Assembly (NCBI GenBank): GCA_001314545.1
Contig: LIHN01000019.1
Span: forward strand, 128,150 to 192,149
DNA: 64,000 nucleotides
Direction of reading: 5' to 3'
From: Bacteroidetes bacterium HLUCCA01
GTDB taxonomy: Bacteria; Bacteroidota; Rhodothermia; Balneolales; HLUCCA01
Below, piece after piece: positions 8,794 to 18,743 of the stretch; position 1 is the stretch's first letter, and each line of letters begins with the position of its first letter. Made by a program: the position numbers and the translations under genes. The notes under the pieces were generated by a model. That model made no database searches. It saw only the letters and a program-made list of their open reading frames with translations, and was not told where the DNA came from.

Positions 8794-10088
8794 CAGCCTG
8801 CCTCCGACCGGGTTTGTATCAGCGCCGAAAGCATGCGCTCGCACTCCGCCGCCAGCAGGGAATCCAGTTCGTGCCGGGGATGCAAAAGTCCGGCCTGCGC
8901 CAGTGGTGCGTACGCTCCCATGGCGTGCACAGCATCCATTTGCGATACGGCTTTTTGCCGGAGTGCCTGCAAAAATTCCGAGTCTTGTCCTGATTGTAAA
9001 TTCAATAAAGCCTGTGCCAGAATACCTGCCGGACCTGCCTCTGTGGCCAGCTCGTCAAGGTTGCCCAGGGAGGCTGTGCAGCGGTTTTCCGTTTTACGGA
9101 TTGTGGCCAATATTCCGCTGAATTCACCCAGTGATGATTCAATTTCCCAGCTGTCAGGCAGGGTAATATCGGAAAGTGTTCCGGTAAAAATGAGGTCTGC
9201 AACGAGTTCTCGCAAGTGTACACCGTCAAGCTCGTGCACCGTTCGCTGTAGGGCCTGCTGGATGACAGCCTGGGCCCGGGCGAGGTCTTCCACGCCGCTG
9301 ACATCCACAAAAATCCGCTCATAGCGTACCGATGAAATGGTTATGGGCTCAACATCCACCGTGGTTTCAGTCACACGAAGCAGGTTACATCCGTGCGACC
9401 CGGTTTCTTTAGCGCTCAGAGCCTGGGGGGATCCCGGATAGTAACAAAGCGGGTCCTGCATCAGAATTTCAGGTTTGTGTATGTGGCCGAGCACCCAGCA
9501 TCGCGCAGGACTTTTTTGAAAATCCTCGGATGCCAACGGTGCATACGGACTGTCGTCAAGGCCGAAATCGCCATGAATGAGTCCGATACAATGGCGTGAT
9601 TCGGGCTGCAGGGCAAACTGTTGCAAAGGTTTATAACGGACCGATGGCGATGGAAAAGACCATCCCACAAAGCTTACAGCTGCTCCGCGGATCCTGAGCA
9701 CATGCTCCTGCCAGACCCCGCCCTCGCCCAAAAGGGTAACCCCGTGAACCGGATTATTTCGCAGTAATTCCGGCAATACGGTATGATCGTGGTTGCCGGC
9801 AACAAGAATAACAGGTATGCCCGCATCGCTGAGCCGGTTGAATCCGGAGAGCAAAGCCGTTCGGGCCTCAAAGTATCGGTTGTCACGGTCGATAATATCA
9901 CCAGCCAGCAGTACAGCGTCTACCTTCTTTTTTATGGCAACATCTACCATTTGATGCCAGGCATACGAAGCTGAAGCCACACTGTGGGTTACGGAGTGTT
10001 CTGGTCCCGGAGAGCTGTCGGCCAGTTGTGCGGCGGCGGAGGCCCTGCCCAGGTGCAGGTCAGCCGAGGTGAGGAACGTGAGATTCAT
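8793..10088 (-). CDS. SbcD/Mre11-like (YhaO-type) metallophosphoesterase / DNA repair exonuclease
   Basis: Calcineurin-type motifs SADLHLG, LLAGDIIDR, VAGNHDH, LGHIH. Translationally coupled to the ATPase gene. Confidence 0.85.
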   Translation of the reverse strand: MNLTFLTSADLHLGRASAAAQLADSSPGPEHSVTHSVASASYAWHQMVDVAIKKKVDAVLLAGDIIDRDNRYFEARTALLSGFNRLSDAGIPVILVAGNHDHTVLPELLRNNPVHGVTLLGEGGVWQEHVLRIRGAAVSFVGWSFPSPSVRYKPLQQFALQPESRHCIGLIHGDFGLDDSPYAPLASEDFQKSPARCWVLGHIHKPEILMQDPLCYYPGSPQALSAKETGSHGCNLLRVTETTVDVEPITISSVRYERIFVDVSGVEDLARAQAVIQQALQRTVHELDGVHLRELVADLIFTGTLSDITLPDSWEIESSLGEFSGILATIRKTENRCTASLGNLDELATEAGPAGILAQALLNLQSGQDSEFLQALRQKAVSQMDAVHAMGAYAPLAQAGLLHPRHELDSLLAAECERMLSALIQTRSEAG

Positions 10089-10234
10089 AGGTAGAAAAAA
10101 GATCTCTTGCTGTTGGAAAGTTCAACGCATGATAATGAATATGCCATAGACATACCCGTGAAAATAGTGTATGCCACCGTTCGAATGGTTATTTTAAAAA
10201 ATCTAAACAAAACCGAGGGAAAACATTGGGCTTT

Positions 10235-11512
10235 ATGATATTCAAGTTCCATCTCGCACTGGCGGCAATGATACTGCTGCCGGCGCTGCAGCCGGTACAG
10301 GCACAAACAAATCCGAGAGACGCCTACCGCGAGCAGGCCGTGGAAATTCTGGAGCGGGTACCGCTTATTGACGGCCACAATGACGTACCCATTCAGTACC
10401 GAAATCGGGTCGACTACAAATTTGATTTGCTGGATTTCATGAATACCACGGCACTCACGCGTATGATGCATACGGATATTCCAAGGCTCCGGCGTGGTCG
10501 GGTGGGCGCTCAGTTCTGGTCGGTCTATGTATCTCCCAACATCCCCGAGGCAGAGTCGGTGCAGGCCACCCTCGAGCAAATTGACTTTGTGTACCGCATG
10601 ATTGAACGGTACCCTGAGCATTTCGAGCTGGCTCTGACGGCCGATGATGTAGAGCGGGTTTTTGCTGAAGGTAAGATTGCATCCATGATAGGCATGGAAG
10701 GGGGGCATTCTATCGGCAATTCGCTTGCGGTTCTGCGCCAGATGTACGCCCTTGGTGCCCGGTATATGACCCTGACTCATTCACGAACGCTGGACTGGGC
10801 TGATTCGGCAACAGACACCCCGCGTCATGATGGACTCAGCGGCTTTGGTGAGGAAGTGATCCGTGAAATGAATCGTCTGGGCATGCTGGTGGATCTTTCC
10901 CACGTGTCGGCTCAAACCATGCGCGATGCCCTTGCCATCACCGAGGCTCCGGTTATATTCTCACATTCATCAGCCATGGCCCTGAATATGCACCCACGGA
11001 ACGTGCCGGATGACGTCCTGCATCTCACCCGGGAGAATAACGGTGTGGTAATGGTTACCTTTATCCCCGCCTTTTTGCACCAGCCCCTGCACGAGCACAT
11101 TGCACAACGTAATGCTCGCCGCGCTGAACTCGAATATCTGTATACCGGTCAGCCCGACAGTGTAGCCGTATACCTAAGCCGATGGGAGCAGGAAAATCCA
11201 CCACCGGTTGCCACGTTGGATCATGTGGCGGATCATATTGATCATATCCGGGATTTGATTGGCGTAGACCACATTGGTATCGGGGGCGACTATGACGGCA
11301 TCTCCCTGCTTCCTGCCGGACTGGAAGATGTGACAACCTATCCTGATTTGTTTGCGGAATTACTCAGACGGGGTTACAGCGAGGAAGATCTTGAAAAGAT
11401 TGCCGGCAGAAACCTGCTCAGGGTCATGCGTGAAGCAGAACAGACCGCACACCGACTGCAACAGGAACGAGGTCCTTCGCAGATGAACATCCGTGATTTC
11501 GAGAGTAACTGA
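10235..11512 (+). CDS. Membrane dipeptidase, peptidase family M19
   Basis: Signal peptide. Motifs DGHNDVP, GMEGGHSIG and YMTLTHS are typical of renal-dipeptidase-like enzymes. The ATG at 10235 is preferred over the TTG at 10226. Confidence 0.9.
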   Translation: MIFKFHLALAAMILLPALQPVQAQTNPRDAYREQAVEILERVPLIDGHNDVPIQYRNRVDYKFDLLDFMNTTALTRMMHTDIPRLRRGRVGAQFWSVYVSPNIPEAESVQATLEQIDFVYRMIERYPEHFELALTADDVERVFAEGKIASMIGMEGGHSIGNSLAVLRQMYALGARYMTLTHSRTLDWADSATDTPRHDGLSGFGEEVIREMNRLGMLVDLSHVSAQTMRDALAITEAPVIFSHSSAMALNMHPRNVPDDVLHLTRENNGVVMVTFIPAFLHQPLHEHIAQRNARRAELEYLYTGQPDSVAVYLSRWEQENPPPVATLDHVADHIDHIRDLIGVDHIGIGGDYDGISLLPAGLEDVTTYPDLFAELLRRGYSEEDLEKIAGRNLLRVMREAEQTAHRLQQERGPSQMNIRDFESN

Positions 11513-14500
11513 TATTTTGCAACGACCCGTACTGACCATACTACTTCTCAGCCTGCTGATGCCCCTGCACGTGCAGGGACAACAACAAGACTACCTCATC
11601 AGCCGGGTGGACCATACCCAGTTGTTTAAACGAAATATCTTTGACATCACGCAGGATTCCACCGGGTTTATGTGGTTTGCCGCCGAGAGCGGATTGCTGC
11701 GGTATGACGGAAACGATGTGATTGCCTACCGGGAGAATCCGGCAGACCCCAATGCCCTGCCATCCGATGTTGTACAAAGCCTCAAAGTGGACAGCAGTGG
11801 TACTTTATGGGTTGGAACCCGCTTTGGCGGATTGAGCCGTTTTAATTCACAAACCAACGATTTCACCACTTTTCATCCACGTCCGGATACCACCAACGAC
11901 GTGCGTGCCATATCACTCGGACGTTCACAAAGTCTGTGGCTGAGTGTTGCCTTTGATCCGCATATCTACCGGTTCGACATCCCCAGCGAAACGTTTACGG
12001 CTATCCCGTTACCCCCGCAGCTGGATAACGGACTCCTTTTTGCTTTCGACATCCACGAGGCAGACAACGGCAATCTTTGGGTAGCGACTGTTGATAACGG
12101 GCTGCTCTTGTTGTCACCGGATGGTGAACTTATCAATGAATTCAATACAACCACACCGGCAGGCAGCCGTTTGACCGGTAATAGTCTGCGCCGCATTGTA
12201 CCCGATCACCACGGACATATATGGATTGGCGGATTTGGAGCCTACCTGTCTCGTTTGAATCCTGCTACGGGGCAGATTGTCTCTCCGGATCCCCGGTTTG
12301 AAGCGGCATTTTCTAATGTATATGACCTATGGATTGATCCACGGGAAGATGTGATTTGGGCTGCAGCCGATGGGGGCCTGATCCGCTTAGACCTGCACAC
12401 CCTCGAAATTATCGAACGATATGGGTTTGATCCGGATACCCCCCGGTCGTTGATTAATGATCGAACACGCGCCGTTCACCATGATCGGTCGGGCATTATC
12501 TGGGTTGGCAATGAGCATGGAGGCATACATAATCTATTGCAGCGCAATGAGTTTACCCATGTAACCCCCAATCCGGATGAACCGGGCTATTTGCAGGAAG
12601 CTTTTGTGCGTGGGTTCTATCAGCCGGAGGATGATGTCATATGGGTAATCAACAGCAGTCAGATTGCCGAAGTGGACATCGAAACCAACAGGGTTTTACG
12701 TTTGGTTGAAATTCTGGGTGAGAAACAGGCCTCAGTAGGTTACACCACTATTAAAGATGATCCGGCCGGTGGCATACTCATCGGAACCTGGGGTAACGGT
12801 CTGATCCATTATGATCGGAGAACGGGTCGGCAGACGCAGTTTACATCTGGTAGAGCTGCGAACACCCTCAGCGATGACCGCATCCAGTTTATTGAAATTG
12901 ACTCGCGCGGCCGGTACTGGATCGGTACCCAGAACGGGGTCAACCTGTTCAACCGAAACACCGGTACTTTTGAGCGAATACTCTACGATTTCGATGCGCC
13001 CGAATCGAGTTTCAGCTACAGTGTTCAAACCAACGCCTTTGTAGAAGATGAAAACCAGGTGTACTGGATCGGTACCTGGGACGGCCTTGTTCGATTCGAT
13101 TATACCAACAGAACGGAGCGCCGCTACAAATTCAGTGCAAACAATGCCGAGGGACTTGGATCAAACCATATTTTATCCCTCTACGATGATGACACCTACC
13201 TGTGGATCGGCACCTTCAGCGGCGGACTAAACCGGATGCATAAAGAAACCGGCGAAATTACCCGGTTTACAGACGCTCAGGGACTGGCCAGTAACGTTAT
13301 ATTTACCATCATTCCCGGCAACAACGGGGATCTGTGGCTGAGCTCCAATAACGGTGTAATCCGGTTCAACAGCGTCACCGGTTCCTACCGGAATTTCAGT
13401 GAGTCGGATGGACTGGGTATCAATGATTTCTGGTGGGGCGCCGGATTTCGTTCGAGGCAGGGGCACCTGTACTTCGGATCCATCTACGGGTACGTCACGT
13501 TTGATCCGGATAGAATACGCGAAAGCCGGTTCCATCCCCGCGTTGTACTCAGTGAAATACGGGTCTTCGGGGAAAGCCTGACCCGCTCGGACATCCTGGA
13601 GTTACGTCACACCCAGAACTACCTTGATTTCAGTTATGCATCGCTGGATTACACCAGCCCGTCAAAGATTGAGTATATGCATATGCTTGAAGGGCTGGAT
13701 TCAGACTGGATTTACACCGGAAACCGAAGTCAGGTCAGCTACTCCGCTCTTTCACCCGGCGAGTATGTATTCAGAGTTCGCGCCACCAATGCTGACGGAC
13801 TGTGGAGTGACAACGAGCTGGAGGTACGCTTTACCATTCTCCCTCCTATCTGGCAGACCATGCCCTTCCGGTTCCTGATGGTATTTATATCCGTGGCGCT
13901 GATTGGCATTACCATTCGCTGGAGAACCGCTTCGGTTACACGACAGAACAAACAGCTGGAGGCACTGGTGGCCGAACGCACAAGAGACCTGGCAGACAGT
14001 AAAGAAGAACTGCTGGAGAGCAATGAACAGCTTCGGGAAAAAACCCTTCGATTGGAAGAACGTAACCGTGAAATTGAAATCCAGCGAAATCTTGTTCTTA
14101 CCAATTCCAATGAGCTGGAAGCCAAAAACCGCCAGCTTATTCAACTCAATCAGGAGAAAAACAGTCTTATCGGAATTGTAGCCCACGATTTACGAAGTCC
14201 GCTGGCCAGTGTCATGAGCGGCCTTCACATTTTGAAAATATCCGATGACATGCCCATAGGCGAGCAGCTTGAAATTCTGGACATGATAGAAACATCGGTT
14301 AACAAGCAGCTATCGATGATAACGCGGATTCTGGATCATCAGGCGCTTGAAAGTGGAAAAATCAATATCAACATGACCCCGGTGGATCTGAATCCCTTGC
14401 TGGAAAATATCCGGCAGACACATATGAGTCCGGCTGCCGGGAAATCTATTGGTCTGACTATAACCAAACCTGATACCTTACCGGCAGTACATGCCGATGA

Positions 14501-14843
14501 CAGTCTTCTCGAGCAGGTTCTTGACAACATGGTCTCCAATGCAATCAAATTTTCGCCGGCTAATACCACCGTCACCGTATTGGTTCTGGTAACGCGCGAT
14601 GATATTCGCATTGGTGTTCGTGATCAGGGACCGGGCATATCACAGGCCGATCAGGAAAAACTCTTCCGGAAATTCCAGAAACTCAGTGCCCGTCCGACCG
14701 GTGGTGAGCAGTCAACCGGACTGGGCTTATCCATTGTCAAGCAGTTCGCAGAGGCCATGCATGGTGCCGTGTGGTGCGAGAGCAAACTGGGCGAGGGTGC
14801 AACATTCTGGATTTCGCTCAGACCCGCTATTAATCGCCCATAA
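11493..14843 (+). CDS. Sensor histidine kinase with periplasmic two-component-regulator beta-propeller repeats plus Y_Y_Y domain (no receiver/output domain)
   Basis: Repeated ..WIGT..GL.. propeller motifs. Y_Y_Y-like EYMHMLEGLDSDWIYTG..YVFRVRATNADGLWS. One TM, a coiled coil, H-box SLIGIVAHDLRSP, and HATPase N/G boxes (SNAIKFSP, GLGLSIVK). The real start may be TTG 11517, just after the dipeptidase stop. Confidence 0.85.
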   Translation: MISRVTDILQRPVLTILLLSLLMPLHVQGQQQDYLISRVDHTQLFKRNIFDITQDSTGFMWFAAESGLLRYDGNDVIAYRENPADPNALPSDVVQSLKVDSSGTLWVGTRFGGLSRFNSQTNDFTTFHPRPDTTNDVRAISLGRSQSLWLSVAFDPHIYRFDIPSETFTAIPLPPQLDNGLLFAFDIHEADNGNLWVATVDNGLLLLSPDGELINEFNTTTPAGSRLTGNSLRRIVPDHHGHIWIGGFGAYLSRLNPATGQIVSPDPRFEAAFSNVYDLWIDPREDVIWAAADGGLIRLDLHTLEIIERYGFDPDTPRSLINDRTRAVHHDRSGIIWVGNEHGGIHNLLQRNEFTHVTPNPDEPGYLQEAFVRGFYQPEDDVIWVINSSQIAEVDIETNRVLRLVEILGEKQASVGYTTIKDDPAGGILIGTWGNGLIHYDRRTGRQTQFTSGRAANTLSDDRIQFIEIDSRGRYWIGTQNGVNLFNRNTGTFERILYDFDAPESSFSYSVQTNAFVEDENQVYWIGTWDGLVRFDYTNRTERRYKFSANNAEGLGSNHILSLYDDDTYLWIGTFSGGLNRMHKETGEITRFTDAQGLASNVIFTIIPGNNGDLWLSSNNGVIRFNSVTGSYRNFSESDGLGINDFWWGAGFRSRQGHLYFGSIYGYVTFDPDRIRESRFHPRVVLSEIRVFGESLTRSDILELRHTQNYLDFSYASLDYTSPSKIEYMHMLEGLDSDWIYTGNRSQVSYSALSPGEYVFRVRATNADGLWSDNELEVRFTILPPIWQTMPFRFLMVFISVALIGITIRWRTASVTRQNKQLEALVAERTRDLADSKEELLESNEQLREKTLRLEERNREIEIQRNLVLTNSNELEAKNRQLIQLNQEKNSLIGIVAHDLRSPLASVMSGLHILKISDDMPIGEQLEILDMIETSVNKQLSMITRILDHQALESGKININMTPVDLNPLLENIRQTHMSPAAGKSIGLTITKPDTLPAVHADDSLLEQVLDNMVSNAIKFSPANTTVTVLVLVTRDDIRIGVRDQGPGISQADQEKLFRKFQKLSARPTGGEQSTGLGLSIVKQFAEAMHGAVWCESKLGEGATFWISLRPAINRP

Positions 14844-15053
14844 CGGCCAGATTATCCTTATTTACCCACGTAATTCAGTTTTCCTCGTTTACCCGAAAAA
14901 TCAACCAGTAAACCAACCCATCTGTTATGTTTAGGTTAAAGCCCGCTCTCTTTTTGATACTATTTGCATCTGGATGTGTGCAAAATGAACGCTCAGAAAC
15001 AACCGTACGCACACAAGATACGTTCTTTGCGAATCTTTCGGCTTTATGCGATC

Positions 15054-16844
15054 TCAAAACATGGTGTAATAAAAAACCAGAACGGATATGATCAGGAAAA
15101 CGATGGTCATCCCACCGCCGGCCCTGAAATAATCACGGGTTTTATACCCTCCGGCACTCATCATCAGCGCGTTGACCTGGTGTGTTGGCAGCACAAAGGA
15201 ATTACCGGCATTAACTGCGGCGAGCAATACCAGCGGCCGGGGATCCACACCGGCAATCAGACCGATACTTACAACGAGGGGCGCCAATACCACCACCGCG
15301 CCGACGTTGGACATAACCAGAGAAAAGCCGGTAGCCAGGGCTGCTACGGTAAATAACAGCACCAGCGTGTTACCCGCGTCCACCAGACTCATTACACTTT
15401 CGGCAAGGAACTGGGCGGTACCTGTGTTCTGCATGGCCGCACCCAGCGGAATAAGACCGACCAGCAGAAAAACTACCTTCCACTCAACCGACTCATAGGC
15501 CTCCTGTATGCTCATAACCCGGGTTAGAACCATCAGCACCGCTCCTGTGAGAAACGAAACCGAAATGGAGAAGCCACTGAGTGCAAGCACAATAGCAACA
15601 AGGAAACTGCCCGCAGCAAACCAGGTTTTTGCCGGTTTTTTGGGTTCAACTGTAATAGGTGTGAGAACGGCGAAGGTATCAGACGATTGAAGTCGTCGGA
15701 TATTATCCCACGGTCCATAGACAATAAACGTATCTCCCGCGGTGATGATGTGATCTGAAAAATCGCCCTCCACCTTTTGACCCCTGCTGAAAAGCATGAC
15801 CGGCTCAACCACAAAACGTCGGCGCATGGCATACTCACGCAGGGTTTTACCAACCAAATCGGATCGGGGTGGTACAACTACTTCCACGAAACCAGTCTCT
15901 TCGGGATCACCCAGACCTTCAAACATCGGATGTTCCTGGGTCGGCTCCAAACCATGTTTCGCAGCAAATACCTGAGCCTGATTATCATCGCCGTACAACG
16001 CCAGTATCATACCGGTGTGTAATTCGGTTTCCCGCCAGGGTGCATAGGCAATCTGATTTTCCTTCGCCGTTGCCAGAATGTTGATGCGAAATTCGGACCA
16101 TGCGCCGGATTCCTCGATGGTTTTGCTCTTCAGCGTGCTGGACTCAGAAATACGGTAGTACTGAATTTCTTTGCGGAGATTGAATGCATCCACCACTTTT
16201 TCCTGCTCGGTAGCCTGGAGTTTGCCGCTGGCCCCCTGCGGAAGAAAGTACTTACCCAGAAACAGGAAAAAGAGTACTGCTCCCAGCAGCAGCGCGACCC
16301 CCACCGGGGTTACAGCAAAAAGACCGAAGGGTGCCAGGTCTGCGGCGGCAAGCAAGTCGTTGGTTAAGATAAGGTGACCTGATCCCACCATCGTCAACGA
16401 TCCGCCGATGATTGCGGCAAAGCCCACCGGCATAATCATGGTCGACGCTGAAACTTTGATCCGACGAGAGATATCCATGATACTGGGCAGAAATAATGCG
16501 GCGGCTCCGATATTCTGAATAACCCCGGAGAGCGTACCCGTTGCCAGGGCCAGAGAGCCCATAATATTTCGGGGATTCGAGCCTACCCGCTTAAGCAGCC
16601 ATTTGGAAAACCGATTCATCATGCCTGTTTTAGCCAGCCCCTCACCCAGAATCATTACGGCCAGCATGGCAATTACCGCATTACTGGAAAATCCTGAAAT
16701 GGCTTCTGCACCGCTCAGAATACCGGTCCAGTACAGCAGCAGCAAGGTGAGCAGCGCCGTAACGTCAATACGCAGCAACTCCGTGACCAGCATGAAGATG
16801 GTGAAGGACATGATGCCCAGTACAATCAGAATTTCAGTTTCCAT
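15054..16844 (-). CDS. SLC13/DASS-family anion permease with two central TrkA_C (RCK_C) domains
   Basis: 596 aa. Two multi-TM halves flank a soluble insert with duplicated TrkA_C-like segments (..LKSKTIEESG.. and ..LVGKTLREYAMRRRF..). Confidence 0.85.
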   Translation of the reverse strand: METEILIVLGIMSFTIFMLVTELLRIDVTALLTLLLLYWTGILSGAEAISGFSSNAVIAMLAVMILGEGLAKTGMMNRFSKWLLKRVGSNPRNIMGSLALATGTLSGVIQNIGAAALFLPSIMDISRRIKVSASTMIMPVGFAAIIGGSLTMVGSGHLILTNDLLAAADLAPFGLFAVTPVGVALLLGAVLFFLFLGKYFLPQGASGKLQATEQEKVVDAFNLRKEIQYYRISESSTLKSKTIEESGAWSEFRINILATAKENQIAYAPWRETELHTGMILALYGDDNQAQVFAAKHGLEPTQEHPMFEGLGDPEETGFVEVVVPPRSDLVGKTLREYAMRRRFVVEPVMLFSRGQKVEGDFSDHIITAGDTFIVYGPWDNIRRLQSSDTFAVLTPITVEPKKPAKTWFAAGSFLVAIVLALSGFSISVSFLTGAVLMVLTRVMSIQEAYESVEWKVVFLLVGLIPLGAAMQNTGTAQFLAESVMSLVDAGNTLVLLFTVAALATGFSLVMSNVGAVVVLAPLVVSIGLIAGVDPRPLVLLAAVNAGNSFVLPTHQVNALMMSAGGYKTRDYFRAGGGMTIVFLIISVLVFYYTMF

Positions 16845-16893
16845 GCGAAGATATTTTGAGTGGTAGATTTAGCCGATTCCTTATGCCTCAAGT

Positions 16894-16927
16894 ATACAAC
16901 AGTTGTATCAACTTGTCAATACAAGTT
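16894..16927. promoter_or_regulatory. Two adjacent perfect palindromes (candidate operator) in a divergent promoter region
   Basis: ATACAAC-A-GTTGTAT (16894..16908) and AACTTGT-CAAT-ACAAGTT (16910..16927), verified by hand. They lie between the SLC13 start (16844, minus) and the Na/Pi transporter start (about 17077, plus). Confidence 0.35.
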
Positions 16928-17076
16928 TGAATACGCATTTTATTCCATGTTTTTGGTCACTATGAAAGGGTTTTTGAGTCTGCTTGTATTACCTGAGGAT
17001 TTCATCCTGTCTGGTGGGGGTCTGCACGGAAGTTCTTACCTTTACCGTCTGTTTAGTTATCATCAGAACGCGGAAT

Positions 17077-18738
17077 ATGCCCCTGAACGACCTTTTACAC
17101 ATGGTTTTGAGTTTTGCCGGAGGTGTGGCCCTGTTTCTCCTCGGCATGAAGCTCCTGACCGACGGGTTGAAACTGGCTGCCGGACAAACCCTGCGCACGC
17201 TGCTCAAGCGCTATACCTCAACCATGGTCAAAGGTGTTCTTGCAGGCATCATGGTAACCGCGCTGGTTCAGTCTTCCTCAGCCGTAATTTTTGCCACAAT
17301 CGGATTTGTCAATGCCGGTGTAATGACCCTGGCCCAGGCTATTTACGTGATTTTTGGAAGCAATGTGGGAACAACCCTTACCGGCTGGATTGTGGCTACC
17401 ATCGGCCTTAACGTAGATTTGCAGGTATTATCGATGCCCATGCTGGCTGCCGGTATGGGATTATGGCTGAGCGGCGAGAACCGGCACCGCGGCGCATGGG
17501 GACAGGTGCTGGTCGGGCTGGCAATTTTCTTTTTAGGAATTGACATCCTTAAGGACACCTTTGATAACCTCGGGCAGATTTTTCAGGCCGAAACCATTGG
17601 CACGGGGCTGGCTGGCGGACTTCTGATGGTTTTTATGGGTATTGTACTGACCACCCTCATGCAGTCATCGTCGGCCTCCATCGCCATTGTTATTACTGCT
17701 GCTGCCGGCGGATTCATACCGCTTGAGCTGGCGGCTTATATGGTTATTGGTGCCGACATCGGCACTACCTCAACAGCTGTTTTTGCCGTAATTGGTGCCA
17801 CAGCCAACGCACGCCGATCAGCGGCAGCCCACGTACTGTATAACCTGGTCAGCGGAGTGATGCTCATAGTGCTGCTGCCGTACTATCTGGATCTCATTGA
17901 ATTTGTTTTTACGGGCGGATTGAATACAGCAACGACCATCGCCGTATTTCATACGATGAAGAAAGTCACCGGGTTGGTAGTTATGCTTCCGTTTGTAGGT
18001 CGACTGGAGGCCTGGTTACTCACCAAATTTATTCCTGCTGACAACGCGACAGCTCCCCCCACCCGCTACCTGGATAACACCGTACTACAAACTCCGTCGC
18101 TGGCGATCAGCGCCCTTATTTTTGAGCTGAAACGTACCGGACGGAAAACCCGAAGTCTCATTAAAAAAGGACTTACACATGCTATAGGTGTCAAAGAGTC
18201 GGAAAGTAAGCAGTATACGCTGCTGCAACTTCACCAGGCAATTGCCGGTTTTATCCGGCAGCTGCAGCGACGAGAGCTTCCTGAAACGGGTGAAAATGCT
18301 TTGCCCAACGCACTTCGCGTGTTGAGCTATTTCAGGGAGAGTATGGAAACTGCCGTTGAAATCTCCAGCCTGAAACAGGATATACAGGAGCTGAATCCTG
18401 CACTGATCGAACGCATCAATGTACTAGAAGCCAACGTGGTTCAGTTATGTCACATCGCAGATTCAGAGCATCCGGATTTCAAAATGGATGATGTTGCCGC
18501 ATTACAGCGTGATTTCGAGGCCAACTATGAACTGGCCAAATCATCCTTACTGTACAGCGGTTCACGCGGCAAACTTCCCATGAACGCCATGCTGCGCTGG
18601 CACGACTATATCCGGGGGCTGCGACGTATCACCGATCAGCTGTGCAAGGCCTCGCAGTATATGCATAACTTCAATGAACTAATTGAACACACTCCGGGAG
18701 CGGGACCTGCACTGCTTGAGGACGTACAAAACTCCTGA
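17077..18738 (+). CDS. Na+/phosphate cotransporter (NptA/YjbB) family protein
   Basis: N-terminal FAGGVALFLLGMKLLTDGLK and duplicated Na_Pi_cotrans-like TM halves, followed by a helical soluble C-terminal region. Start taken at MPLNDLL; the maximal ORF begins at 16984. Confidence 0.85.
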   Translation: MPLNDLLHMVLSFAGGVALFLLGMKLLTDGLKLAAGQTLRTLLKRYTSTMVKGVLAGIMVTALVQSSSAVIFATIGFVNAGVMTLAQAIYVIFGSNVGTTLTGWIVATIGLNVDLQVLSMPMLAAGMGLWLSGENRHRGAWGQVLVGLAIFFLGIDILKDTFDNLGQIFQAETIGTGLAGGLLMVFMGIVLTTLMQSSSASIAIVITAAAGGFIPLELAAYMVIGADIGTTSTAVFAVIGATANARRSAAAHVLYNLVSGVMLIVLLPYYLDLIEFVFTGGLNTATTIAVFHTMKKVTGLVVMLPFVGRLEAWLLTKFIPADNATAPPTRYLDNTVLQTPSLAISALIFELKRTGRKTRSLIKKGLTHAIGVKESESKQYTLLQLHQAIAGFIRQLQRRELPETGENALPNALRVLSYFRESMETAVEISSLKQDIQELNPALIERINVLEANVVQLCHIADSEHPDFKMDDVAALQRDFEANYELAKSSLLYSGSRGKLPMNAMLRWHDYIRGLRRITDQLCKASQYMHNFNELIEHTPGAGPALLEDVQNS

Positions 18739-18743
18739 TAAAC

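Noticed and set aside
5359-10088. Calling the SbcD/SbcC-like pair an anti-phage defence system
   Set aside because: The architecture is also that of core YhaO/YhaN-type repair pairs, and no other defence, mobile or restriction genes flank it. It is kept as a finding to test, not as a defence call.
14844-15053. Possible sRNA or terminator in the 210-bp convergent gap after the first sensor kinase
   Set aside because: There are only weak hairpins (e.g. TTTGCA..TGCAAA) with no following T-run. The 60-aa ORF 14875..15057 has no support.
16860-17411. 183-aa ORF in the SLC13/NptA intergenic region and NptA 5' end
   Set aside because: It is out of frame with the well-supported Na/Pi cotransporter, has a Cys/Arg/His-rich non-protein-like composition, and covers the palindromic promoter region.
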